Assembly: GCA_963806225.1 (NCBI GenBank)
Contig: CAWDXG010000003.1
Span: forward strand, 160,001-224,000
Length of the DNA: 64,000 nt
Direction of reading: 5' to 3'
DNA from: an uncultured delta proteobacterium
GTDB taxonomy: Bacteria; Myxococcota_A; Polyangia; Polyangiales; Polyangiaceae
Shown: positions 20,746-31,374 of the stretch, one piece after another
How positions within the stretch are numbered: the stretch's first letter is position 1
Layout: every line of letters starts with the position of its first letter
Translations under genes and position numbers: made by a program
Notes under the pieces: model-generated
Seen by the model: only the letters and a program-made list of their open reading frames with translations
What the model was told of the DNA's origin: nothing
The model's database searches: none

Positions 20746-21153
20746 ATGAAGCTCAACGTCTTCAAGTCCAAGATCCACCGCGCCACGGTCACCCACGCCG
20801 ATCTCGACTACGAGGGGAGCGTCACTATCGACGCCGCGTTGCTCGAGGCCGCGGACATCCTGCCCTACGAGAGCGTGCACATCTGGAACGTCACGCGCGG
20901 CACGCGGCTCGTCACCTACGCGCTCGAAGGACCGCGGGGGTCCGGCGCCGTGTGCGTCAACGGAGCTGCGGCGCACCACAACCAGCCCGGCGATCTCGTC
21001 ATCCTCGCCACCTTCGCCCATATGACGCGGGACGAGGCGCGGACCCACAAACCGACGGTCGTCCGGGTCGACGGCGACAACCGCCCGCTCGGCGACGAGC
21101 GCGAGGAACAGCCGGGTCCCGTGCTCCACTCGCCCGGCCCCCTCGCCTCCTGA
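20746..21153 (+). CDS. panD: aspartate 1-decarboxylase
   Basis: [24 protein letters not shown] (Gly-Ser autocleavage site), TRLVTYA, CVNGAAA. Confidence 0.96.
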   Translation: MKLNVFKSKIHRATVTHADLDYEGSVTIDAALLEAADILPYESVHIWNVTRGTRLVTYALEGPRGSGAVCVNGAAAHHNQPGDLVILATFAHMTRDEARTHKPTVVRVDGDNRPLGDEREEQPGPVLHSPGPLAS

Positions 21154-21187
21154 GCGCGGATGCGGCGGCAACCGGCTGTTGGTCAGC

Positions 21188-21207
21188 CACATACCAGATG
21201 GTATGTG
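21188..21207. promoter_or_regulatory. perfect palindrome, candidate operator
   Basis: CACATACCA-GA-TGGTATGTG, intergenic, 66 bp upstream of the 21274 start. Confidence 0.55.
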
Positions 21208-21273
21208 AACGAGCTCCGTGAATGGCTGGCGGAGCGAGCGGCGTTCGGATAAGGCGTCGTCCCAGTCCTGAAC

Positions 21274-22482
21274 ATGCCGAGCGGTCCCCATCCCAGCGCG
21301 GTGGTCGACGAGCTGTCGAGCCACTCCGAGGCCGAAAGCCTCGCCGACTACGTGCGAGCCGTGTCGCTCGCGGCCGCGCGCGCACGCACGCAGAGCTTCG
21401 GCTCCGAAGCCGGGGCGCTGCCGGAAGTCGACGTCGCTGCGCCCGCGCGCGAAGCAGCGGACACGCCGCTGGGCAACGTACTGACGACACTCGAGCAAGG
21501 CGCCCGCACCACCGAAGAGCGTGCGCTGCTCGGTACGCTGCTGGCCCTGGGAGTCGGACGCGAACTGCCCGGCGCGCCGGAGACGGAGCTGGAGCTCGCC
21601 TCGGCGCTGGTCTGGCTCGCTGCGCACACGCCCGTCGACCCGCTCGCTGCGCTGGACGCGGCGCTGGGCGACAAGGCCGACGCGCTCTGGCACGCCGTGG
21701 CCCGGATCGCGGAAGAGCCCCGCGCCGCAGCCGAGGACTTCGACCTCGCCGAATCCCTGGTCGCCGCCGTGGCCCTCGCCGCCAGCAGCTCCGCGCAGGC
21801 GCACGCGGCCGCGCTGGCGCTTGCCGAGCGCACCACGAGTCCACTGCTGCGCACGCTGCTCGCCGGCGGCCCCCGCGCCGACGCGGACACGCGGCTCAGC
21901 GGCGAGCTGTCGCCCGCACCGCACGGACCGGTGGCCACGACGCTGCTGGCAGTAAGCGGCATCCTGTTCGTGCTGGGCCTCGCGCGCTTGATCGGACGCT
22001 TCGCGCTCGCCTACCGCCGCCCGGCACGTCTCTCGGTGACGCCGCGCGGACTAGAGCTGACGCACCGGACGGAGATGCTCGGACGCGTGCTGCGCGACCG
22101 CGCAACGCTCGTGCCCATGGCCAACCTGGCGCGCGTGACGCGGGAAGTGCGCTTCGCGCGCACCGGACTGTATGCCGGGCTGCTCGCGCTGGTGCTCGGC
22201 AGCTACTTCGGGATGGGTCTGTTCGTGGACGGCCTGCGCGTACCGGGCGGCTCGTTCCCGCTGCTCGGTCTGGCCGTGCTGGTCGTCGTCTTGGGGCTGC
22301 TGATCGATTTCGGTCTGTCGAGCGTAGCCGACAGTGCGCGCGGCCGCTGTCGCGTCGTCGTCGTGCCCCGCAAGGGAGGTAAGCTCTGTATCGGAGAGCT
22401 CGACCCAGACCGCGCCGACGCGATGCTGGCTAGCGTCGCAGCGCGGACGGAATCTGGCCTCGACCGCTCCGCGGTCGCCTAG
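21274..22482 (+). CDS. hypothetical membrane protein (helical N-terminus, about 3 TM segments)
   Basis: Long ORF with good codon bias; hydrophobic segments LLAVSGILFVLGLA, LYAGLLALVLGSYFGMGLF, LLGLAVLVVVLGLLI. Confidence 0.75.
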   Translation: MPSGPHPSAVVDELSSHSEAESLADYVRAVSLAAARARTQSFGSEAGALPEVDVAAPAREAADTPLGNVLTTLEQGARTTEERALLGTLLALGVGRELPGAPETELELASALVWLAAHTPVDPLAALDAALGDKADALWHAVARIAEEPRAAAEDFDLAESLVAAVALAASSSAQAHAAALALAERTTSPLLRTLLAGGPRADADTRLSGELSPAPHGPVATTLLAVSGILFVLGLARLIGRFALAYRRPARLSVTPRGLELTHRTEMLGRVLRDRATLVPMANLARVTREVRFARTGLYAGLLALVLGSYFGMGLFVDGLRVPGGSFPLLGLAVLVVVLGLLIDFGLSSVADSARGRCRVVVVPRKGGKLCIGELDPDRADAMLASVAARTESGLDRSAVA

Positions 22483-22508
22483 CCCCTCGATTCTAGCGAA
22501 TCAAGGTC

Positions 22509-23966
22509 CTAGCCCGCGTCGGCCGGCGGCGAAGCGGACGGCACCGGCGGCGAAGCGGACGGCACCGGCGGCGACGGAGCCGAAGCGGGTGCCGACGGCG
22601 CGGCGCTCGACGACGGCGCGGGTACTCCGGCGTCGGCCTTTGCCTTCTGCTGCGCGGCGGCGCGCGCGTTGTCCTGCGCGATCTGCTGCGCCTTCGCCCA
22701 CACCGCCTCGAGCAGCGCGCTGAGCTCCTTCGGCGTCGCACGCACCGTGCCCTCGATGCGCTTGCCGTGCGCCGAGAAGCTCACCGGTTCGATCAGCCTG
22801 AGCTGTTTGTGCCCGAAGAGCGCACCCACGACGCCGAGATTGACCTGCGTAACGGCGTTGATCGACTTCGTCAGGTACTCGGCGTCGCGCGTCGCCGCGT
22901 CGGGCGACGCGTCCTGGGCGATCACGGTCGCGGTCGCGCCGCCATCGGAAGTGGGCGTGATCTCCATGCGCACCCACGCGATCGACCTCGGCACCCGGAA
23001 CCTGATGCCGATAAACGCGCGCCAGGGCGTCTTGACGTAGACAGACAGCGCGACGTTGCCCTTGCCCGGCGGAAAGCGCGTGTGCGGAGAAAGCGAGAGC
23101 GCGGACTTCTCGGCACTGGGCGGCGTCACGACCAGGATGTGCGGCGCGGGCAGCACGAACACGCGTTCGGCGCGGTCGCCGCGGGCGCGCGCCGCCGGCA
23201 CGCCGGCGTCGAGCCAGCCGCCCTCTGCCGTGTCGCGCGCGACCAGCGCGTCCAGCGCCTTCTTCATCCGCTGCCGGCTCGTGTTGTAGCGCAGCACCGC
23301 CACCACGTTGGCCGAGTCGCGCAGCTGGGGCCCGGCGATCAGGATACGGTCGAAGTCATTGATCGGATCGAGCCCGGCGGGGCCGAAGAAGTCATGCCAC
23401 TGATCGACCTGGCCCAGCAGCTTGCCGATCCGCTTGCCGAGCGGATGGTGGCGGATGCGATCGTTGTAGATGATGAGCCGCACGTTCGCGTGCGCGTCGG
23501 CCACATGTCCCGCCGATCCGCTGAGCGCGACCGGATCCCCCAGCGATGCTCCGGTGCCGGCTCGCGCCTTGCCCGCATCGCCCCCCGGCTTGCCCCCATC
23601 CGCTGCGCCCGGCGACGGCGCGCCGGCGTCCTCGGCCCCCGTCACGAGCTCGGACGTCCCGGGCGCCTTCTTGGCCACCGGGGGCGCCGCTTTGGCCGCC
23701 TGCGGAGCCGACTTGGGCTCGTCGCCTTTGGTTCCAGCCGGCCCGGTTCCCTGGTCCTCGAGCAGATCGACCGGAATCGCCGTGATCTTCTCGGTGCTGG
23801 GCGGCAGATCGTCGGCCGGCGCCCGGGCCAAGAGGCCGATCAGGCCCACCAGCGCAGCCAGCGGAGTCAGCGGGGCGTGCAGCACCAACGACAGCAGCAG
23901 CAGCTTCCAGAAGCGGCCGCGGGAGGTCGTGTCCCGCTGGCCACGCCACTGCGTCCTGAATCCCAC
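22509..23966 (-). CDS. hypothetical membrane-anchored protein with Pro/Ala-rich linkers
   Basis: N-terminal TM LLLLSLVLHAPLTPLAALVGLIGLL; globular core; GTG 23966 follows a TATCTT hexamer. Confidence 0.75.
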   Translation of the reverse strand: MGFRTQWRGQRDTTSRGRFWKLLLLSLVLHAPLTPLAALVGLIGLLARAPADDLPPSTEKITAIPVDLLEDQGTGPAGTKGDEPKSAPQAAKAAPPVAKKAPGTSELVTGAEDAGAPSPGAADGGKPGGDAGKARAGTGASLGDPVALSGSAGHVADAHANVRLIIYNDRIRHHPLGKRIGKLLGQVDQWHDFFGPAGLDPINDFDRILIAGPQLRDSANVVAVLRYNTSRQRMKKALDALVARDTAEGGWLDAGVPAARARGDRAERVFVLPAPHILVVTPPSAEKSALSLSPHTRFPPGKGNVALSVYVKTPWRAFIGIRFRVPRSIAWVRMEITPTSDGGATATVIAQDASPDAATRDAEYLTKSINAVTQVNLGVVGALFGHKQLRLIEPVSFSAHGKRIEGTVRATPKELSALLEAVWAKAQQIAQDNARAAAQQKAKADAGVPAPSSSAAPSAPASAPSPPVPSASPPVPSASPPADAG

Positions 23967-24019
23967 GGGCAACAAGATAGTCCGGCGCCGTGCCGCAGGC
24001 GAACGCGCGCGACAGGCCC

Positions 24020-24035
24020 TGGCACGGGCCTCGCA
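24020..24035 (+). promoter_or_regulatory. sigma-54 (-24/-12) promoter candidate for the L,D-transpeptidase
   Basis: TGGCACG-GGCC-TCGCA versus consensus TGGCACG-N4-TTGCW; GG-N10-GC spacing exact; intergenic. Confidence 0.55.
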
Positions 24036-24194
24036 GAGGGATCAGCGCGCAGGACTGGCATCGCCCCCGAAGTGCGCCAACCTTCTTCCCCGGTGGCCGG
24101 GGTTCCGGCTTGGCGGCCGGCCCGAGGCCTGCCGAGAAGTGGTGTCCAGCCAGCCGCTATGGCTAGGGTCCCCGAAAACACAGCTCGATCGACA

Positions 24195-25940
24195 ATGCCT
24201 TCCGTTTCCCACCGCACAGCGTTCCGCCGCCTAGGGCTGGCCAGTGCGCTCGCACTCGCCGGCGCCCCTCTCGTCGCGTGCAACCACACGCCGCCGCCCG
24301 GTGCCGATCCCCCGGCGCGCACCAGCGCGCCCATCGCCCAGCAGGGCACGGCGCAGGTCGGCGATCCCACGTTGCCCGAAGAGCTGCAGCCACACGCGGA
24401 CTCGACGCACAAGAAGAACGGCGCAGCCGACGCAGGGAGCGTCGACGCCGAACCGACGTACACGGGTCCGCTGTTCGTCGTCACATCCATCGCCGCCGCG
24501 GTGTACGGCCATCCGAAGTTCGATCGGAAGGACAAGCTTGGCTACATCCGGAACGGCGGCCGCGTTCCGGTGGAAAAGAAGCCCGTGTCCACCGACAACT
24601 GCAGCGGCGGCTGGTACCACGTCCTGAGCGGCGGCTACGTGTGCGGCAACCAGGGCACGACGGATCTGAACCATCCGCAGGTCAAGTTCGCGATCAAACA
24701 GCCGGACCTGACGGCGATCCTGCCCTACCGCTACGCGCGCAACGCGAAGAACGGAACGCCGCTGTACCACTCGGTGCCCTCGCGCGAGCAGATGAACAAG
24801 TACGAGCCCTACCTCAAGAGTGCAAAGAAGGCGCGCGAGAGGAAGAAGGCGCGCGAGGCCGCGCGCCGCCGCGAGCAGGAGGACAGCACGACGGTCGCTG
24901 CTTCGCTCTCCGACGCCGGCGCACCCGAGGAGCGCCAGCACATCAACCAGGCGCTCGCCGACGCCGGCATCTCCGTCGGTATCCAGAACGACGCCGGCGA
25001 TCCCCAGGCCGACAAGCCGTGGTGGCAGCAGGACAATATCAAGGACAAGCTGCACGACATGACGCTCGACCAGCTGAGCGCCGACTCGGACGACGTGCTG
25101 GCGAAGCGCATGGTGGCGGGCTTCTACGTCGCCATCGACAAGACATTCCGCTGGAACGGACGCACCTGGTACAAGACGACGAAGGGGCTCGTGGCGCCCT
25201 CCGATCGCTTCTGGCAGACGGCGGGCTTCGACTTCCACGGCGTGGAGCTCGGCGGCGACTGGAAGCTGCCCATCGCGTGGGTGTTCGGCGGACGCAAGCA
25301 CGCCACGACGTACAACGTCGACGATGACGGCAAGATCACGACTGCGGGCAGCGTCGAGAAGTTCCAGCCCATCCAGCTGACGGGCCGCGAGAAGGAGGTC
25401 CGCGGCCACAAATACGCCGAGCTGGCCGACGGCAGCTGGATCCGCGACCGCTACGTGCGCATCACGCGTCCCGGCCCTCCGCCGAAAGATCTCGCGCCGG
25501 GCGAGCGCTGGATCGACGTGAACCTCGAGGAGCAGAGTCTGGTCGCGTTCGAGGGCGTCACGCCCGTGTACGCGACCCTCGTCTCCAGCGGCCGCCACTC
25601 GAAGATCAAGGACAAGGACCACAGCACGCCGACCGGCGACTACCGCGTCCGGGAGAAGCACATCACGACCACGATGGACGGCGACGGCACCGCAGCGGGC
25701 GACCTGCCGTACAGCATCGAGGACGTGCCCTACGTGATGTACTTCTATCACTCGTACGCCCTGCACGGCGCCTTCTGGCACCGCAACTTCGGCGTCGAGA
25801 TGAGCCACGGCTGCGTGAATCTCGCGCCGCTCGACGCGAAATACCTGTTCTTCTTCGCCGACCCGCCGCTGCCGCGCGGCTTCCACGGCATCTGGGCGTC
25901 GAAAACGCACCCCGGCAGCCGCGTCGTGATCCACAAGTAG
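24195..25940 (+). CDS. L,D-transpeptidase (YkuD domain) lipoprotein
   Basis: Lipobox PLVAC; WIDVNLEEQSL, VSSGR, TPTGDY, ALHGAFWH..MSHGCVNL. Confidence 0.92.
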   Translation: MPSVSHRTAFRRLGLASALALAGAPLVACNHTPPPGADPPARTSAPIAQQGTAQVGDPTLPEELQPHADSTHKKNGAADAGSVDAEPTYTGPLFVVTSIAAAVYGHPKFDRKDKLGYIRNGGRVPVEKKPVSTDNCSGGWYHVLSGGYVCGNQGTTDLNHPQVKFAIKQPDLTAILPYRYARNAKNGTPLYHSVPSREQMNKYEPYLKSAKKARERKKAREAARRREQEDSTTVAASLSDAGAPEERQHINQALADAGISVGIQNDAGDPQADKPWWQQDNIKDKLHDMTLDQLSADSDDVLAKRMVAGFYVAIDKTFRWNGRTWYKTTKGLVAPSDRFWQTAGFDFHGVELGGDWKLPIAWVFGGRKHATTYNVDDDGKITTAGSVEKFQPIQLTGREKEVRGHKYAELADGSWIRDRYVRITRPGPPPKDLAPGERWIDVNLEEQSLVAFEGVTPVYATLVSSGRHSKIKDKDHSTPTGDYRVREKHITTTMDGDGTAAGDLPYSIEDVPYVMYFYHSYALHGAFWHRNFGVEMSHGCVNLAPLDAKYLFFFADPPLPRGFHGIWASKTHPGSRVVIHK

Positions 25941-26035
25941 GCAGGTTCGCACGCGCTCGCCGGCTGTTCGGCACCCAGCAACGGCCCGCGCCTTGACGGG
26001 AGCAGCCGGCAGGACCAATAGCCACCTTTGCGAAG

Positions 26036-27064
26036 ATGGATCAGTTCACCGCACACCTCGACAGGGGCTGGGATCTCGTCCAGCGCGGCGACTCGGAAGG
26101 CGCGGAGCTCAGTGCCCGCCGTGCGCTCGAGCTCGACAGCCAGTCACCCGAGGCCTACAACCTGCTCGGCTACGTCGCGGCGCTCCAGGGCGAGTTCGAA
26201 GAAGCCGTGGACAACTACCGGCAGGCGATCGCTCTCGACGACACCTACCTGGAAGCGATGCTGAACGCCGCGGAGGTCTACATCCATCCGCTGGGGGATT
26301 TCGACGAGGCGATCCGCATGTGCGACCACGCGCTCGACCTCGCCGAGAACGACGACGAGGTGATCGACGCGCTGCTGCTCAAGTTCGATGCGCTGCTCGG
26401 GGAGAACAACCTGGAAGAAGCCCAGGCGCTCTGCTCGAAGTTTCCGCCGGGTCCCTGGACGAACCCGAACCACGCGTTCCTCGTGGGCCGCGCGTTCTAC
26501 GAGATCGGTGAGATCGAGCGCGCCGCACCGCTCATCGAGGACGCGGTCCAGAAAACGCCGGGCAATCCCGAAGCCGCCTACTACCTGGGCCTGGTGCGCG
26601 ACGAGCGCGGCGACACGACCGGAGCGACGCAGGCGTTCCTGCGCTCGCGGGAGCTGGACCTCGCGCTCCCCTCGCCCGCCTGGACGCTCACGCCCGATAC
26701 CTTCGCGATGACGGCAAAGAAAGCGCTCGCATCGCTCGACGAATCGCTGCGACGCTACGTGCGCGGGGACGAGCTGTTCGTGTCGGACGTGCCGGGCGTG
26801 GAAGTCGTGGTCGACGGCGTCGATCCGCGCGCGCTGCTGCTGCTCGACGGTCTGGACGCCGAGAGCGGCAGTCCGCCCACGGCTCGCGTCTTCGTCTACC
26901 AGCGCAACGTCGAGCGACTCGCCGGCGCGCTCGAGCTCGTCGAAGGCGAAATCAAGGCGGCGCTGGAGCGCGAGATCACCGCGACCTTCATCGAGACCGA
27001 TCTCGACCGCCTCGCCGCCGCAGCAGCCGCCGCCAACGCCGCCGGCAAGATGCCGCTGAACTAG
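26036..27064 (+). CDS. TPR protein with a C-terminal zincin-like region lacking HEXXH
   Basis: TPRs (SPEAYNLLGYV, NPEAAYYLGLV); C-terminal VDPRAL..RVFVYQRNVER..EIKAALEREI. Confidence 0.8.
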   Translation: MDQFTAHLDRGWDLVQRGDSEGAELSARRALELDSQSPEAYNLLGYVAALQGEFEEAVDNYRQAIALDDTYLEAMLNAAEVYIHPLGDFDEAIRMCDHALDLAENDDEVIDALLLKFDALLGENNLEEAQALCSKFPPGPWTNPNHAFLVGRAFYEIGEIERAAPLIEDAVQKTPGNPEAAYYLGLVRDERGDTTGATQAFLRSRELDLALPSPAWTLTPDTFAMTAKKALASLDESLRRYVRGDELFVSDVPGVEVVVDGVDPRALLLLDGLDAESGSPPTARVFVYQRNVERLAGALELVEGEIKAALEREITATFIETDLDRLAAAAAAANAAGKMPLN

Positions 27065-27075
27065 CGCCGTTTCGC

Positions 27076-27636
<561 letters not shown>

Positions 27637-27686
27637 CGGAGCCACCATAGCACCGAGGCAGGCCGCGATTTCCAGAACAGCCGCGC

Positions 27687-28718
27687 TCAGGCGGCGCGCT
27701 CGGCAAGCTGGAAGGCCACGCCTTCGAGCAACGTGCGCGCTGGACCGGGGACGAGCGCTTCCAGCTCGTCCACGGCGCGGCGGGTCTGCTCGCAGGCGCG
27801 GCGGCGCACCTCGTCGCAGGCGCCGCACTCGACGACCACGCGGCTCACGTGCTCGACCGGCTCGTGATCGCCGGCATGGATTCGCGACAGCGGTCCGATG
27901 AGCTCGGGCACCCGCGCCACCGCCAGGACCAGCGGCAGCGTGAGCTTGCCTTCCGTCAAGTCAGCGAGCAGCGTCTTGCCTGTCTGCTCGCCGGAGTAGT
28001 CGAGCACGTCGTCCACGAGCTGGAAGGCGATACCGAGGCGCTCGCCGAAACAGCCGAGACGCGCCTGGTGGCCTTCGTCGGCACCGGCCATGCGGGCGCC
28101 GGTGCGCGTCGCCCACGCGAACAGCGACGCCGTCTTGCCGCGCAGGATGCGCTCGTACGTCTCCTCCGAAACGTCGAGCTCGGTGCGACCGCGCAGCTGC
28201 AGGATCTCGCCTTCGACCAGCTGGCGCAGCGTAGCGACCAGATCAGGCATCACCTCGGGCGCGTGCGTCAGGGTGCGCGACAGCGAGTGGACCAGTAGCA
28301 GATCGCCGCCCAGCACGCTGATCCCGTTGCCCCACAAGAGCCGGGAAGCCGCTGCGCCGCGGCGCTCGTCGCCTTCGTCGACCACGTCGTCGTGCAGCAG
28401 CGTCGCGGAGTGGACCAGCTCCGCCACGACCGCGAGCTCGCGTGCGACGGACGGAATGGGGCCGAAGCACGCGGCGCTGAGCAGCAGCGCCAGCGGTCGC
28501 ACACGCTTGCCGCCGCGCGCCACTAGATGCCGCGCGGCCTCTGTTGCCGGAGCCGGCCCATCGCCGACGGCCTGCTCGAGCGCCTGCTCCACCCACACCA
28601 GGTCGTCGCCGAGCAGGGACTGCACGGCCGCCAGCCGCGCCTGCAGCCCGTCATCCGCGCCGCGTGCTACCGCAGCGCGCTCCAGCGCACCCACTGCTTC
28701 ATCCGGAGCTAGCGTCAT
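27687..28718 (-). CDS. ispB: polyprenyl (octaprenyl-type) diphosphate synthase
   Basis: GGKRVRP, ELVHSATLLHDDVVDEGDERRG, GKTASLF, AFQLVDDVLDY, DLTEGKLTLP. Confidence 0.9.
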   Translation of the reverse strand: MTLAPDEAVGALERAAVARGADDGLQARLAAVQSLLGDDLVWVEQALEQAVGDGPAPATEAARHLVARGGKRVRPLALLLSAACFGPIPSVARELAVVAELVHSATLLHDDVVDEGDERRGAAASRLLWGNGISVLGGDLLLVHSLSRTLTHAPEVMPDLVATLRQLVEGEILQLRGRTELDVSEETYERILRGKTASLFAWATRTGARMAGADEGHQARLGCFGERLGIAFQLVDDVLDYSGEQTGKTLLADLTEGKLTLPLVLAVARVPELIGPLSRIHAGDHEPVEHVSRVVVECGACDEVRRRACEQTRRAVDELEALVPGPARTLLEGVAFQLAERAA

Positions 28719-28730
28719 GGCAGGTTTCGT

Positions 28731-28782
28731 TGGTTTCAAATCCTTGTGAAACCACTATGGTGGAGCCCCCTTCAACGGTCAA
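28731..28782 (-). promoter_or_regulatory. sigma-70 promoter and overlapping palindromic operator for the ispB-regulator genes
   Basis: Minus strand TTGACC (28782-28777), 17 bp, CATAGT (28759-28754); palindrome TGGTTTCA-N8-TGAAACCA at 28731-28754. Confidence 0.65.
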
Positions 28783-28843
28783 GACGTACCACGACGCCGA
28801 CGCCCTGTGGCGGAACCGCGACCGGTGATGTAGAGGCGGAGGC

Positions 28844-29350
28844 ATGGCGGACTCACCTCCCGGCCGGATCGAGCGCGTCCGCCGGCGCGGTCGCAGGGCC
28901 GGAGTCGTGGTGTTCGCGCTGCTGGTGGGCGGCTTCACCGCCGTCTGCTCGACCGAGATTTTCATCCAGGTCTGGGCCCCGGCGACGGTGCCGACCGAGG
29001 TGAGCTGTCAGCAGGGCACCCAGGGCCTGATCCTGGCGGTGCGACGTGCGCGGGGGGCCGCCGCGGCCGAGACCGGCGGCGAACGCGCCATGCTGGACCG
29101 GTTCAGGCGCGCACTGCAGCCCGAATGGTCCCACCGGGCGGCCATCGGAAGGCGCTGCAAGGGGGACCGGGAGGCGCTGAAGGCGCTCGCCGTCATCGAC
29201 GAGCTGCGCTATGCGGAAGAGAGCGCGGTCCGCTACGAGTCAACCGATCTCGCTCGGCGCCGCCGCGAGGTGCAGGCGATCGAGCGCCGGATGTCCAGGG
29301 CGGCCCCGAAGGCATCGGGAGCGGTGGAAAGCCCCGCCCTCCCGCACTAA
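28844..29350 (+). CDS. hypothetical membrane-anchored protein
   Basis: GGAGG RBS; TM AGVVVFALLVGGFTAVC; helical C-terminus. Confidence 0.7.
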   Translation: MADSPPGRIERVRRRGRRAGVVVFALLVGGFTAVCSTEIFIQVWAPATVPTEVSCQQGTQGLILAVRRARGAAAAETGGERAMLDRFRRALQPEWSHRAAIGRRCKGDREALKALAVIDELRYAEESAVRYESTDLARRRREVQAIERRMSRAAPKASGAVESPALPH

Positions 29351-29406
29351 GCTGCCGCCGCTCCACGCCTGGAAAACCACGTCCCGCGACCGGGAACGAA
29401 AGAGAC

Positions 29407-31212
29407 ATGTCCGAAACCAACTCCGAACCGAGCACCGCACCGCCCACGTTCGACTCGCTCCCCCTGTCCGCGGAGCTGCGCCAGGCGGTCGACGAGCTCG
29501 GCTACACCCACCCCACCCCGGTGCAGCGCGCCGTCTTCGAGCCGGCCATGCGCGGCCGCGATCTGGCGGTGCAGGCGCGTACCGGCACCGGCAAGACCGC
29601 CGCGTTTGGCCTGCCGCTCATCGACGGACTGGTCAAGCAGGGGACCGCCGAGGTCCAGGCGCTGGTCCTGTGCCCCACGCGCGAGCTGGCGCTGCAGGTG
29701 TCCAGGGAGCTCGAGTCGCTCGGCAAGCACCGCGGCGTAAAGGTCGCCGCGGTCTACGGCGGAGCACCTATGCCCCGGCAGGTCCAGCAGATCCAGGACG
29801 GCGCGCAGATCGTCTCCGGCACACCGGGTCGCGTGCTCGACCACCTGCGCCGCGGCACGCTCGACCCCGCGCGCATCCGCACGCTCGTGCTCGACGAGAG
29901 CGACGAGATGCTGTCGATGGGCTTCCTGCCGCAGATCACCGACATCATGAGCTTCCTACCGGAAGCGCGGCAGACGCTGCTGTTCAGCGCCACGCTGCCG
30001 CCGGCCATCCGCCGGGTGGCGGAAACGCGACTCAAGGAGCCCGAGTTCCTCACGCTGAGCGGCGACCAGATCGGTGCGCTGGAGATCGACCATTTCGTGT
30101 ACCTGACGCGCGCTGACAAGGTGGCCGAGCTGGTGCAGGTGATCGAGATCGAGGATCCGGAGAGCGCGATCGTTTTCTGCAACACGCGCGACGACACCAA
30201 GCGGGTGGCAGCGGCGCTCCAGCAGCAGGGTTTCGCAGCCGACTGGCTCAACGCGGATCTGGCGCAGAACGACCGCGAGAAGGTCATGGCGGCGACGCGA
30301 AAGAGCGAGCTGCGCTTCCTTGTGGCGACGGACGTCGCGGCGCGCGGCATCGACATCTCGCATCTGACGCACGTCATCAACTTCGACTTCCCCGAATCGA
30401 CCGAGGCCTACGTGCACCGCACCGGCCGCACCGGTCGCGCCGGCCGCACGGGCACGGCCATCTCGCTCATCACGCCGAGCGACATCGGCAACCTGTACCT
30501 GCTCAGGCTGACCTACAAGATCCGCCCGATCGAGAAACAGCTGCCCAGCCAGCGCGAGCTGAAGACGCGGGCGGAGACGGATCTGGTGGAGATGTTCGCG
30601 GAGGGGTTCGCGAACAAGCCCGTGCATCCCGACGACCTCGCGCTCGCGCGGCGGCTGCTCACGCACGAGCAGTCCGAGGCGATCGTCGCGGGGCTGCTCC
30701 GCGACCACCTCGGCGCGCGCCCGGATGCCGCCGAGGAAGCCACGGCCGCACGCCGGACCAGGGCGCCGCAGGCGGTGGCCGAAGAGGCCCGGCCGGAGCC
30801 GAAACCGGAGCGTCCGCGCAGACGACGCGAAGCGCGCGAGCCGAGCGAGGACAAGCCGCAGAAGGACGACGCGGCCCGCGCCGAACGCCCGCGCCGAGCA
30901 CGCCGCACGAAGAGCAGCTCCGACGACGACGCTGCACAGAACAAGCCCGAGGAGAAGCCGGCGGAAGGCGGCGACGTGGCGGAAGTGTTCGTCAACGTCG
31001 GCAAGAAGGACGGCGCACAGCCCAGCGACTTCGAGGCGCTGCTCGAGCAGGGCGGCGTCACCGCCGACGACACCGACTACGTGCACGTGCGCCAGCGGCA
31101 TTCCTTTGTCGGCGTGCGCCGCGACGCCCTGACGAAAGTGATCGAGACGCTGAACGGCGCGACCATCGCCGGCAAGCAGGCGATCGCCGAGGAAGCGCGC
31201 GCCCGCGCGTAG
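29407..31212 (+). CDS. DEAD-box RNA helicase with DbpA-type C-terminal RNA-binding domain (DeaD/CsdA-like)
   Basis: Q motif PTPVQ, TGTGKT, PTRELA, TPGR, DESD, SAT, ARGID, HRTGRTGRAG; C-terminal VFVNVGKKDG. Confidence 0.94.
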   Translation: MSETNSEPSTAPPTFDSLPLSAELRQAVDELGYTHPTPVQRAVFEPAMRGRDLAVQARTGTGKTAAFGLPLIDGLVKQGTAEVQALVLCPTRELALQVSRELESLGKHRGVKVAAVYGGAPMPRQVQQIQDGAQIVSGTPGRVLDHLRRGTLDPARIRTLVLDESDEMLSMGFLPQITDIMSFLPEARQTLLFSATLPPAIRRVAETRLKEPEFLTLSGDQIGALEIDHFVYLTRADKVAELVQVIEIEDPESAIVFCNTRDDTKRVAAALQQQGFAADWLNADLAQNDREKVMAATRKSELRFLVATDVAARGIDISHLTHVINFDFPESTEAYVHRTGRTGRAGRTGTAISLITPSDIGNLYLLRLTYKIRPIEKQLPSQRELKTRAETDLVEMFAEGFANKPVHPDDLALARRLLTHEQSEAIVAGLLRDHLGARPDAAEEATAARRTRAPQAVAEEARPEPKPERPRRRREAREPSEDKPQKDDAARAERPRRARRTKSSSDDDAAQNKPEEKPAEGGDVAEVFVNVGKKDGAQPSDFEALLEQGGVTADDTDYVHVRQRHSFVGVRRDALTKVIETLNGATIAGKQAIAEEARARA

Positions 31213-31374
31213 TCGGTTCCCTCCCCGGGGGCGCAGATCATAACGAACTATCGACGCGGATTCGAGACGCGATCGACCACGCCTGGCGCTTTCGTCGACA
31301 GGCGCAGACAACGCGCGTTTTGCAGCCCGAAAGCGATTGCGCGAAGGCGTGCAGAACGCTACCAAGAATCACGG

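Noticed and set aside
18655..21924. 1089-aa minus-strand ORF and similar long Arg/Ala-rich ORFs
   Set aside because: These are shadow ORFs opposite or out of frame with well-supported genes, common in high-GC DNA.
29890..29910. DESD instead of DEAD in helicase motif II
   Set aside because: It still fits DExD and all other motifs are intact; a minor variant.
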